Below are positions 49,196 to 58,478 of a stretch of DNA of 64,000 bases, in pieces. Origin of the DNA: an uncultured Fibrobacterota bacterium (GTDB lineage Bacteria > Fibrobacterota > Chitinivibrionia > Chitinivibrionales > FEN-1185); assembly GCA_963753345.1 (NCBI GenBank), contig CAVWBU010000016.1:96001-160000 (forward strand), written 5' to 3'. Each line of letters begins with the position of its first letter. Position 1 is the first letter of the stretch. The translations under genes were made by a program, and so were the position numbers. The notes under the pieces are model-generated. The model was not told the origin of the DNA. It saw nothing but the letters and a program-made list of their open reading frames with translations, and searched no databases.

Positions 49196-49563
49196 TTGTT
49201 TTTACATTGCGGTGAAGAACTTTTTTCACAACGTATGGTTGCAATATAGACGAACAAAAATGTTTATCCATGAGATTCTTATTAGAATTCTGCGAGACAG
49301 GGCTACAGGGCTGTTTGGGAAGTACTTTGAGAAGCTAAAGAGGATAATTGCACCGCTCGTAACCATTATGGAGGCAAATAGAATTAATAAGGCGGCAGAT
49401 TAAAATGATACCTGATTAACCTCAACCAATTTCTAACAAAACCCTTACTAAATCATCATACATCCAGGATATTTTAAAATCGCGGTACTTAAAATAAGGA
49501 TTTTTCAATAAAAAATATTGAAAAATTCTGCACACAAACAATTATTCTCAAAAGAGGTACGAC

Positions 49564-49770
49564 ATGGCTACCAAACAAAGAATCAGCATTAAACTTGTTC
49601 CTTCCCGGAAGCCAGACATTTCCGGCGATCCTGACCAATTAAAAGCTGAAATTGAAAAGCGTGCCAAGGAAATTTTTCTCAAGCGTCAGAAATCACAGAT
49701 GCCGGGAGATGAGCTTTCCGATTGGCTTCTGGCGGAAAAAGAGGTAGCATCGAAGGCTCTTGCATCCTGA
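49564..49770 (+). CDS. DUF2934-like small protein
   Basis: I.KRA.EIF..R...G..L.DWL.AE.E pattern; GAGG RBS. Confidence 0.8.
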   Translation: MATKQRISIKLVPSRKPDISGDPDQLKAEIEKRAKEIFLKRQKSQMPGDELSDWLLAEKEVASKALAS

Positions 49771-49928
49771 AATAATCCGGACTTCAAAGGGATCAATAGC
49801 AGACATGCCTTTTTGTCCTATCGAAAGCGGCCCTGTAGCGCGGATGGCGCTCCACTGGACACCGGACGGGCGCATGCTTTACATTCGCCCCATACCTTAC
49901 CATTTCTTCTGCTGAAAGGAAAATAGCC

Positions 49929-50549
49929 ATGGACGAAAAAAATGCCCTTTCGTCATTCCCGTACGTAAAGCTTTCGATCCCCCATTCTCCCACATCCAAC
50001 CGGTTGACCGCGTTTTTCAGGATATTCTGCGCTCTCCCGGTCATGGTCTTACTTGTCTTATTGTCCGGTTTTCACACAAAGGATGTTTCCTGGGCGGCGC
50101 CCGGCACCCTGGTTCTGCCGACCCTCCTTGTAATTTTGTTCAGAAAGAAGTATCCGCAGTGGTGGTTCGACTGGAATGTTGCATTGACAAAATTCTCAAT
50201 GAGGGTCATGGCCTACCTTTTATTGCTACGCGACGAGTATCCCGCGCTGTCGGAAGAACAATCCGTCATCGTGGAATTAATGTATCCCGACGCTTCAAAA
50301 GACCTGTCCAGGGGAATGCCGCTCGTGAAATGGTTTCTTGCAATTCCCCACCTGATAATTCTGGCATTTCTGTGCATTGCCGCAATTCTCGTATCGATCA
50401 TAGCCTGGTTTGCGATACTCTTTACAGGCAGGTATCCCGCCAAAATCCATGAATTCGTGGTTGGGGTTGCGAGATGGGGATTGCGGGTAAACGCATACGC
50501 TTTTTTACTTATTACGGATGAATATCCGCCATTTACGTTGTCGGAATAA
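49929..50549 (+). CDS. DUF4389-like membrane protein
   Basis: Duplicated ILF..YP..WFD.N...RV.AY..L..DEYP motif, ending in YPPF. Confidence 0.85.
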   Translation: MDEKNALSSFPYVKLSIPHSPTSNRLTAFFRIFCALPVMVLLVLLSGFHTKDVSWAAPGTLVLPTLLVILFRKKYPQWWFDWNVALTKFSMRVMAYLLLLRDEYPALSEEQSVIVELMYPDASKDLSRGMPLVKWFLAIPHLIILAFLCIAAILVSIIAWFAILFTGRYPAKIHEFVVGVARWGLRVNAYAFLLITDEYPPFTLSE

Positions 50550-50595
50550 ATCACAAAGGTATGGCGGGCCAACTAGATATATAGGGAGAAAATGG

Positions 50596-50898
50596 ATGGA
50601 TATCGAATCACCATGGTATTTGAAGAAGTCGCCTTTGGGTGCGGCATATCAACATTTTTCAAGCGTTGCCGGGAGCGAAACAGTCCTCAATGCAAAGACG
50701 AAGGAACTGATCCGGTTGGCCATCGCGTCGGTATTTAGATGCAACCATTGCACCGAGCATCATATCAAGGATGCGCTTGAAGCTGGTGCCACAAAGGAGG
50801 AGATAGCTGAATCGTTGCTTCTCGCTTCGCTGCAATCCGCCGGAACCCAGCTCAATTGGAATAAAGAACTATTTGAAAAATATCTGGGCGATACATAA
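50596..50898 (+). CDS. Carboxymuconolactone decarboxylase/AhpD-like protein
   Basis: L.AKTKELI.LAIA...RCNHC..HH...AL.AGAT.EEI.E. Confidence 0.88.
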   Translation: MDIESPWYLKKSPLGAAYQHFSSVAGSETVLNAKTKELIRLAIASVFRCNHCTEHHIKDALEAGATKEEIAESLLLASLQSAGTQLNWNKELFEKYLGDT

Positions 50899-51032
50899 AT
50901 CAACGATGACGGGGTTGGGTTCGGAACTCCACTCGTGTCCCACCGATAGTAAAACACCCGCTTTGCCGGGCGAAAAACCACCATTCTCGTTGTGACGAGC
51001 CGAATGGCAAAACCCTTTGTCCACACAAAGAA

Positions 51033-51081
51033 CTAAACGTATTCCAACACTCGCGTAACAATCGGCGGCTATCTTTCTAGC
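51033..51081 (+). promoter_or_regulatory. PHO-box-like repeats upstream of the PHP-glycosyltransferase
   Basis: CTAAA 51033, CCAAC 51044, GTAAC 51055, CTAGC 51077 (multiples of 11 bp). Confidence 0.4.
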
Positions 51082-51133
51082 AAGCAATTGGCAAATGGCA
51101 ACGAACCGTTTATCCGCCACCGGGAGGTTGACA

Positions 51134-53591
51134 ATGGCAAAGGCCGACTGTCATGTCCACTCAAGTTTTTCCGAGCGTCCGTCCGAATGGTTCCTGCAGC
51201 GCATCGGCACCCGTGAATCGTACATAGATCCGGCCGAAGTCTACGCCGCCGCGAAGCGCGCGGGGATGGATTTCGTGACCATCACCGATCACAACGTCGT
51301 CGAGGGCGCTTTGCGCCTGCGCGACCGGCACCCAAACGACGTTTTTACCGGCATGGAGGTTACCTCCTATTTCCCGGAAGACGGCGCGAAAATTCACGTG
51401 CTGGTGTGGGGGCTGGAACCGGAACACGTTCCGGTCATTGACAGAATACGAACCAGCATATACGACCTCAGGGGATATCTGCGGGAACAGAAGCTGGCCC
51501 ACTCCGTGGCGCACCCAACGTTTTCCGTGAACGGGCTCCTCACGCTCGAACACGTGGAGCGGCTGTTTCTCCTGTTCGATCATTTCGAAAGCGCAAACGG
51601 CTCCCGAGCGCGGCTCGACGGCGAGGTACTCGCCAGGGTATTCGCGTCCCTGTCCCCGCGGCGCATCGAAGACCTGTGCGACCGCTATTGCATCGAGCAG
51701 CTCCCGGGCGAACCGTGGCGCAAAGGGCTCACCGGCGGATCGGACGATCACAGCGGACTCTTTGTCGGCTCGACCTACACGGAAGCCGACGCGCGCACGC
51801 CGCAGGAGTTTCTCTCACGCATTGCGGAAAAAAAGACGCGGGCGCAGGGCCGCCACAACGATTATCGCGGCCTGGCGTTTTCGATTTACAAAGTGGCATA
51901 CGATTTCTCCAAATCGCGCGCGCCCATCGCCGGCACGCTCATGGGGTCGATCAACGCGCTCCTGTTCGACCAAAAGCCGCTCGACCTTAAGCGCCGCATC
52001 GTGTTTGACAGAATGAAATTCTCCAAGGCGGGACGCGAAGACCCGCTCCGCAGGCTTCTTTCCCGCCTGGTGGACGATCTTCAGCAGCACCGCACCGGCT
52101 CGACCGAGGAAAAACTCGAACTCATCAGCGAGGCCATCACCGAGGCGTCGGACCTTGTCTCTGCGCGGCCTGTTTGAAAAGCTGGGCGGCGACCTGACCT
52201 CGGGCGACCTCATGGGCGTACTCCGACATGTCTCGAGCACGCTCCCCGGCGTCTTCCTGTCCATTCCCTTCTTTACGTCGATGAGCGTCATCAGCGCATC
52301 GCGCGAGCTTCTCGACGCGCTCGCCGAATCGTACATCGGCGCGGAGCACCGGCGGGGCAAACGCATCCTGTGGTTTACCGACACCTTTCTGGAGCTTTCC
52401 GGCGTGTGCGCCACCTTGCAGGAAATGTCGCGCCTTGCCTGGGAGCGCGGCCTTGACTTGACGATTGCGACATGCCTGCCTCCTCCTTCCGAGCGCACGG
52501 CCGCGGTGCCTGCCAACGTGCTCGACCTGCCGTGCATCTTCTCGCACACGCCGGAATTCTTCAGCACCTACACCCTGAGGGTTCCGTCGGCGCTTGCGTC
52601 CATCCGCGCGTCGAGCGCGGCCGCTCCCGACGAAATTTACATTTCCACGCCGGGCCCGGTGGGCCTTGTGGGCCTGCTTGCATCCAAGCTGCTGCATATT
52701 CCCTGCACCGCGGTGTACCACACCGACTTCACGCGCCAGATGCGCCAGATCCTCGGCGACGCCACCATGTGCCGGATCACGGAGGAATTCGTCAACTGGT
52801 TCCATTCGGCCGCCGATTCCGTTGCGGTGTCCACCGACGAATACGCGGAGCTCATGGTGCAGCGCGGGATTCCGCGGTCGAAAATGCGGCGCTTCAAACG
52901 CGGCATCGATCCAAACACGTTTGCGCCCGACCCTTTTGGCACGGCGTACCTGGAAAAAACTTTCGGCATACGGGACGGCGTCACGCTGCTGCACGCGGGA
53001 CGGGTGAGCAAGGAGAAAAACCTCGATTTCCTCGCCGACGTGTACGAAGCGGTGCTTGCAAAACGGGAGGACATCAATCTGGTGATTGCGGGCAACGGGC
53101 CCTATATTGACGAATATAAAGAACGCATGGCCGCACATAAGCGCGCGCATTTTTCCGGCCGCATCGAACGTTCAACGCTGCCCCTGCTCTATTCAGGGTC
53201 CCATCTGCTCGTGTTTCCCAGCGTGACCGAAACCTTCGGCCTCGTGGTGCTCGAAGCCCAGTCGTGCGGCCTGCCGGTTCTGGTTTCCGATTTCGGCGGC
53301 CCCAAGGAAATCATCAAGGACGGCGCCACCGGCTACATTGCCGAGGCAAACAACCTTGACGACTGGGAAAAGAAGATACTTGGCGTCGCCGCCATGATCG
53401 AATCGTATCCCGATCTGTACCGGGAAATGCGGGCTGCGGCGCGCCGTCACGTGGCGCTCACCTACGACTGGAACGTTGTATTCCAGGATATTTTCTCCGC
53501 CGGCCGCCGGCCTTCGGGCGCAGCCCCGGCGCGCGACCCGTCGGCGGCGTATGCCGACATCCTTGCCGTCGGCGAAGCGGCGGCGCGCTAG
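51134..53591 (+). pseudogene. PHP-domain / GT4 glycosyltransferase fusion, split by an apparent +1 frameshift near 52154-52160 (or a sequencing error)
   Basis: First ORF has DCHVHS, TITDHN, AHP, GGSDDH (PHP domain). Second ORF has WFTDT..SGV, YHTDF, RGID...F.P, GRVSKEKN, ETFGLVVLEA..CGLP (GT4). Removing one base from GACCTTGTCTCTG joins the frames. Confidence 0.75.
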
Positions 53592-53601
53592 GACGCTTTC
53601 G

Positions 53602-55344
53602 ATGCCCAATGCCCCTCCTGCGGCGGGAAAGGGCCTGCTGTACATCGCCGACTCGCTTTCGGCGTTCGCGCTTCCTTCCCGCCTGCCCCCGGGCGCAACC
53701 GTCAACTGGTCGAAAACGCCGTTTCCCCTTCTCGAACGAAACGGTCGCCTGCCGTTTACAACATGCGAAAGAATCCTGAGACGGTTCGAATCCTACTGCG
53801 GCGTGATCGCTTCGCTCGGGTTTAACGCCGTATCCGTCGACGACGTCGCGCATTTCACTGCGCAACAATGGTATCCCGACCGTCTCAAGGTAAAGATCGC
53901 CGATTACGCCGGGCTGCTCGTCCGTCTGTGTGAGGCCGCGGAACACGCCGGTCTGTCGGTGTTCGTCACGACCGACGCGAATTTTTCTTCCGGCAACAGG
54001 CGTAGGGCAGCGCCCACCGACGCCGCCTTGCTTGCCGAGGCGTGCAGAAATCTCTTTGATCGGTTTCCCGCCCTGTCTGGCGTTATTCTCCGTATCGGCG
54101 AGTGCGACGGGCTCGACGTGGACCACGAAATGCGCTCGAACCTTTCGGTCCGCACGCCTGCGCAGGCACGGTCATTCTTGCGTCATCTTTTGCCGCTCTT
54201 TGAGGAACACGGAAAAACGCTTATCGTTCGAACATGGACCGTGGGCGCGTTTCCCGTGGGCGATCTGATGTGGAACCCGGCAACCTATCACGCCGTGTTC
54301 GACGGCATGGCAAGCCCGGCGCTTGTCGTATCGCACAAGTACGGCACCACGGATTTCTTCCGTTACCTTGCGCTTAACCCGCTCATTTTCGAGGGGACGC
54401 AGCGCAAGCTGGTGGAATTCCAGGCCCGGCGGGAGTACGAGGGGTTCGGCGAATTCCCTTCCTTTGTCGGCGACTACTACGAGCGCCTCCGCCGAAAATT
54501 GACACGGTGCGAAAATTTCGCCGGGATTATGGTGTGGAGCCAGACCGGCGGGTGGTCCAGGTTCCGTTCCCTCACCTTCATGCCCGGCTCGTCGATGTAC
54601 AACGAGATAAACACGGCGGTCACGGTGTCGCTGTTTGCCAACGGCGACGGCGTTGATGCCGCGATTTCCCGGTATTGCCGGCTGCGCGCGCCGCACCTGG
54701 ACGCCGCGAAACTCCTGCGGCTCCTCCGTCTTTCGTCCCAAGTCATCGAGTCTCTGTGGTACATGCCGGAATTCTCAAAACGCTCCATTTTCTTCAGGCG
54801 GACCCGCGTGCCGCCGCTCTTGTGGGTTTTCTGGGACACGATTGTGATAAGCGCAACGCTGCGTTTGTTCGTGAGGCGGTTCGCGTCCGGCAATGGTGCG
54901 GCGAACCACACCGCGGACGCCCTTGTCAAAATTGACGAAATGCAATCCATAGCTGTGAAGATGAATCTCGACCAGAAACCTTTTGTTCTCATGCGACGGA
55001 CAATGCAGTTGCTCGGGCTGGCGCGCGAGTATTTCCTTGGCAATCCAACCACCGTCCTTGTCGGACGGATACGGGATGAAGTTGATGCCTACAAAAGGGA
55101 TTTTCCCCGGGCGCAGCGGTTCTCCGTGGTGTGTGACTTCGGTTCCCCGCATGTCGAAACGACAATGCTATGGCTGATGTTCCGCATGCTGCCGCGCACC
55201 AGCCCGCCGTACAGGCTTTCCGACAGGCTCCTTTTCAACCGGCTTGCGGCGGTGGTTGTACCATTTGTGAAGGCATGGAACAGACGCCGCCTTCCCGCCT
55301 TTGTCCGGGAAAGGGGCATGGGGTTTGAATCGCTGTTGCGATAG
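53602..55344 (+). CDS. Hypothetical protein, possible glycoside-hydrolase-like TIM barrel
   Basis: GFNAVSVDD, GVILRIGECDG, RTWTVG, KYGTTDFFRY, EFQARREYEG. No signal peptide. Starts 10 bp after the GT stop. Confidence 0.6.
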   Translation: MPNAPPAAGKGLLYIADSLSAFALPSRLPPGATVNWSKTPFPLLERNGRLPFTTCERILRRFESYCGVIASLGFNAVSVDDVAHFTAQQWYPDRLKVKIADYAGLLVRLCEAAEHAGLSVFVTTDANFSSGNRRRAAPTDAALLAEACRNLFDRFPALSGVILRIGECDGLDVDHEMRSNLSVRTPAQARSFLRHLLPLFEEHGKTLIVRTWTVGAFPVGDLMWNPATYHAVFDGMASPALVVSHKYGTTDFFRYLALNPLIFEGTQRKLVEFQARREYEGFGEFPSFVGDYYERLRRKLTRCENFAGIMVWSQTGGWSRFRSLTFMPGSSMYNEINTAVTVSLFANGDGVDAAISRYCRLRAPHLDAAKLLRLLRLSSQVIESLWYMPEFSKRSIFFRRTRVPPLLWVFWDTIVISATLRLFVRRFASGNGAANHTADALVKIDEMQSIAVKMNLDQKPFVLMRRTMQLLGLAREYFLGNPTTVLVGRIRDEVDAYKRDFPRAQRFSVVCDFGSPHVETTMLWLMFRMLPRTSPPYRLSDRLLFNRLAAVVVPFVKAWNRRRLPAFVRERGMGFESLLR

Positions 55345-55387
55345 GAAATGGGTCTCGTTTCCAGCGATGCGGGATGATTCGCACGGT

Positions 55388-55425
55388 CTTACAAACCTCT
55401 TACGCAAAGCTAACACTTTTCTAAC
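55388..55425 (+). promoter_or_regulatory. PHO-box-like array upstream of pyruvate kinase
   Basis: CTTAC 55388, CTTAC 55399, CTAAC 55410, CTAAC 55421 (exact 11-bp period). Confidence 0.7.
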
Positions 55426-55556
55426 AAGCGAATTCTATATAGATTGAAACAGTCCCGCAGATGGCAAACACGCCCTATTATTACCACTCTGTATTGAAGA
55501 ACCCCGCGCCAAGTCGCGGGGATTGCGCGGGCTGTGGCATTCAAGAAATAACGTTC

Positions 55557-57530
55557 ATGAAACCAAAGTCTTTGCCCGTCCAGAACATGAAACCCGCATC
55601 GGATCCCCTTGCAGGAGCCATGACGATGGACAACCTCCTGCGTTCCCTAAGGCATATGAGGGCCGATCTCCTTTCAATCAATGACCGTTTTGCCCAGGTC
55701 GTGGAAAGGCTTCACCCTACCTACCGCGATAGCGCTAGGAACCTTCTCGGGTACCTGTCTCTTCGCCGGCACGACATCCGCGAAATCCAGGACACGCTCG
55801 CCGGACTCGGGCTTTCGTCGATGGGCCGAGCCGAAGCGCACGTGCTTGCAACCCTCAATTCGGTGATCCGCACGGTGTGCTCACTTGCCCGAAGACGGTG
55901 GACTGAGCATCCGTCACTAAAGGTGCAGATCACCCGCGAACGGGGCAGGCAGATTCTCCGCGAGCACACCGAGGCGCTGCTCGGCCCGGCGCCCACTGGA
56001 CGGTCGACCAGGATCATGGTGACCATGCCGTCGGAAGCCGCCGGCGATTACGGCCTTGTCAAGAGCCTCGTGTCACACGGCATGAACTGCATGCGGATCA
56101 ACTGTGCGCACGACCACGAGGCCGGCTGGCAGGCGATGATTGACAACCTCAGGCGCGCACAGCGCGAGACCGGGATGGTCTGCCGCGTGCTTATGGACCT
56201 TGCCGGTCCCAAGTTGCGCACGGGTCCGCTTGCGGCCGGGCCCAAAGTAGTCAAATGGCGGCCCAGGCGCGATGCGCTCGGAAAAGTGACGGCGCCTGCC
56301 CGCATCTGGCTCAAGACCATTGACGGACAGGAACCCTCCCTCGCCGGTCTCGATGCAGTGCTTGCCGTTAACGAAAAATGGCTTTCCCGCATCAAAAAAG
56401 GCGACACCATAGTCTTCACCGATTCGCGCAAGGCCGAGCGGCGTATGAAGGCAGTGCTCTCCGGCAACGGCGGGTGGCTTTGCGAAAGCGAACTCACGTC
56501 GTATGTCACCGAGCGGGTCGTTTTCACCATCAAGCGCGAGGCCAGGGCCGCGCAGGCCTGGACGCGCGTGGTGCTGGAGAACGTGCCCGAAAACGCGGCA
56601 CCTCTTATTCTGCAACGCGGCGACACGCTCGTGGTCACTCCGGACAGCGAACCGGGCAGGCCCGCAATCACCGATGCGCGCGGCAGGGTGATCTCCCCCG
56701 CCGCCATCGGGTGCACGCTTCCCGCGGTTTTCTCAGACGTCAAGGTCGGCCACCGGATATGGTTCGACGACGGCAAGATCGGCGGCGTGGTGAAGAAGCG
56801 CGCGCCGGGCAGACTTTTTGTCGAAATCGTTCATGCGCGGCCAAAAGGGGAACGGCTGCGCAGCGAAAAGGGCATCAACCTTCCTGACACCACCCTCAGA
56901 ACCTCGGCGCTCACGGGAAAAGACCTGAGCGACCTTGCCTTTGCCGCCCGCCATGCCGACATGGTGGGAATGTCGTTTGTCCAGCGAATCTCTGATGTCA
57001 AGCTGCTCCAGGAACACCTCGCCGCGGAGGGCGGCGGTCACATCGGCATGGTGCTCAAGGTGGAGACGCAGAAAGGATTCAGCCAGCTTCCCGACCTTCT
57101 GCTCGCGGCGATGCGCAGCGAAAAAGTGGGCGTGATGATCGCGCGCGGCGACCTTGCCGTGGAATGCGGCTGGGAGCGTCTCGCCGAGATACAGGAAGAG
57201 ATCCTCTGGATCTGCGAGGCCGCGCACGTGCCCGTGGTGTGGGCAACGCAGGTTCTGGAGACCGTCGCAAAAGACGGAGTTCCCTCGCGCGCAGAGATCA
57301 CCGATGCAGCCATGGGCCAGCGCGCCGAATGCGTCATGCTCAACAAGGGTCCGCACATCCTCGAAGCGATCCGCATCCTTGACGACATCATGCGCCGCAT
57401 GCAGTCGCACCAGCGCAAGAAACGCACGCTCCTGCGCCGCCTCAGTTTCTGGTCGAGCCCCAAGCGGCACCTTGCCTCGCTCCAGTCCCTGCCGGGCGGG
57501 TATGCGTCGCCGCTGCAGTTGCATTGGTAA
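55557..57530 (+). CDS. pyk: Pyruvate kinase, long variant (N-terminal helical extension, enlarged B domain, no C-terminal regulatory domain); start uncertain (55461, 55557 or 55587)
   Basis: IMVT, RINCAH, DLAGPKLRT, DDG, KGINLP, LKVET, IARGDLAVE, ATQVLE, PSRAEITD, CVMLNKG. Confidence 0.88.
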   Translation: MKPKSLPVQNMKPASDPLAGAMTMDNLLRSLRHMRADLLSINDRFAQVVERLHPTYRDSARNLLGYLSLRRHDIREIQDTLAGLGLSSMGRAEAHVLATLNSVIRTVCSLARRRWTEHPSLKVQITRERGRQILREHTEALLGPAPTGRSTRIMVTMPSEAAGDYGLVKSLVSHGMNCMRINCAHDHEAGWQAMIDNLRRAQRETGMVCRVLMDLAGPKLRTGPLAAGPKVVKWRPRRDALGKVTAPARIWLKTIDGQEPSLAGLDAVLAVNEKWLSRIKKGDTIVFTDSRKAERRMKAVLSGNGGWLCESELTSYVTERVVFTIKREARAAQAWTRVVLENVPENAAPLILQRGDTLVVTPDSEPGRPAITDARGRVISPAAIGCTLPAVFSDVKVGHRIWFDDGKIGGVVKKRAPGRLFVEIVHARPKGERLRSEKGINLPDTTLRTSALTGKDLSDLAFAARHADMVGMSFVQRISDVKLLQEHLAAEGGGHIGMVLKVETQKGFSQLPDLLLAAMRSEKVGVMIARGDLAVECGWERLAEIQEEILWICEAAHVPVVWATQVLETVAKDGVPSRAEITDAAMGQRAECVMLNKGPHILEAIRILDDIMRRMQSHQRKKRTLLRRLSFWSSPKRHLASLQSLPGGYASPLQLHW

Positions 57531-57585
57531 AGCACCACGCGAAAACGTAATCCGCAGCCTGTGGATAACTCCAACCGGAAAAACA

Positions 57586-57613
57586 ACGGCGCCGGTGTAG
57601 CAGCCGGCGCCGT
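57586..57613. terminator. Hairpin downstream of pyk
   Basis: ACGGCGCCGG-8 nt-CCGGCGCCGT, with an A-tract on the 5' side. Confidence 0.5.
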
Positions 57614-57953
57614 CTCCTCCGCATGTTTCCATGCGGACTAAGCCCCATCGTTTTCCCTGCTCGCCTTGGCTGGAACACTGCATCCTCGGTGGAACGGCGG
57701 CAGGAGGCGGGAAACACTAAAGAAAATGCCGCCGTTGTGTTAGGAAACAATGACTTTCGGGTTTGAATTTCATAAGACATTTGCTGAGTTCCGCCGCAAA
57801 CACTTTCTTCGGCATAACGGAGATATCCACTCTTCCAATTATCCTTGCGCCCGATGCAGGCATGAATTGATTTCTGGCAGATTCTTCCCGGTTTGTCGGC
57901 CGGCGATCATTGCAACTTGTGATGGAAAACTCGTCAAAAAAAGGATCGAATCC

Positions 57954-58401
57954 ATGAGCGTCACCGCTGCAGAAGCAGTCGGTTATATCGAGAAATCATC
58001 GTATGCGCTGCTGGTGACCGTAGGGGAAGACAACAAGCCTTCCGTACGGGAGATAGGTCCCTTTGCAAATAGCGGCCTTGACATCTATTTTGTGACGCGC
58101 ATTGATTCGCAGAAAGTCAAGCATATCACCGTCAATCCCTTTATCACGCTTTACTTTCCGAATACGAATCAGGCTTACAAAGGAATTCAGGAGCATTGCC
58201 ATTTCCGGAAAAGCCGCGCGTGTTCCTGAGGGAGATGAATTTAACGAAGTTCTGGATAAAATTGGTCGGAAATCGCCCGGCTATAGGAACTATATCCTCA
58301 ACGGGGGATTCGGCATTTGGACGGTGTACAAAATGACAGCCCAATCGTTACAATCCACCGACTATTCAAAATCAACCAGAACGGTTAAGGAAGAGGTATA
58401 A
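57954..58401 (+). pseudogene. Pyridoxamine 5'-phosphate oxidase-like split-barrel protein, +1 frameshift near 58175
   Basis: LVTV..D.KP.VR, IYF.T...SQKV..I..NP...L in one frame; SIAISGKA in the next. CAGGCTTACAAAGGAA reads QATKE if one T is removed. Confidence 0.7.
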
Positions 58402-58478
58402 TTTTGCGCTTGGCAATGGTGAAGATTGCATAGTAGCCACCCACCGGACATTGCCTCAAGAACAATGGAGGAACATAC

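Noticed and set aside
57560-57568. DnaA box (TGTGGATAA) suggesting oriC
   Set aside because: Single perfect box, no cluster or unwinding element, and no dnaA/dnaN nearby.
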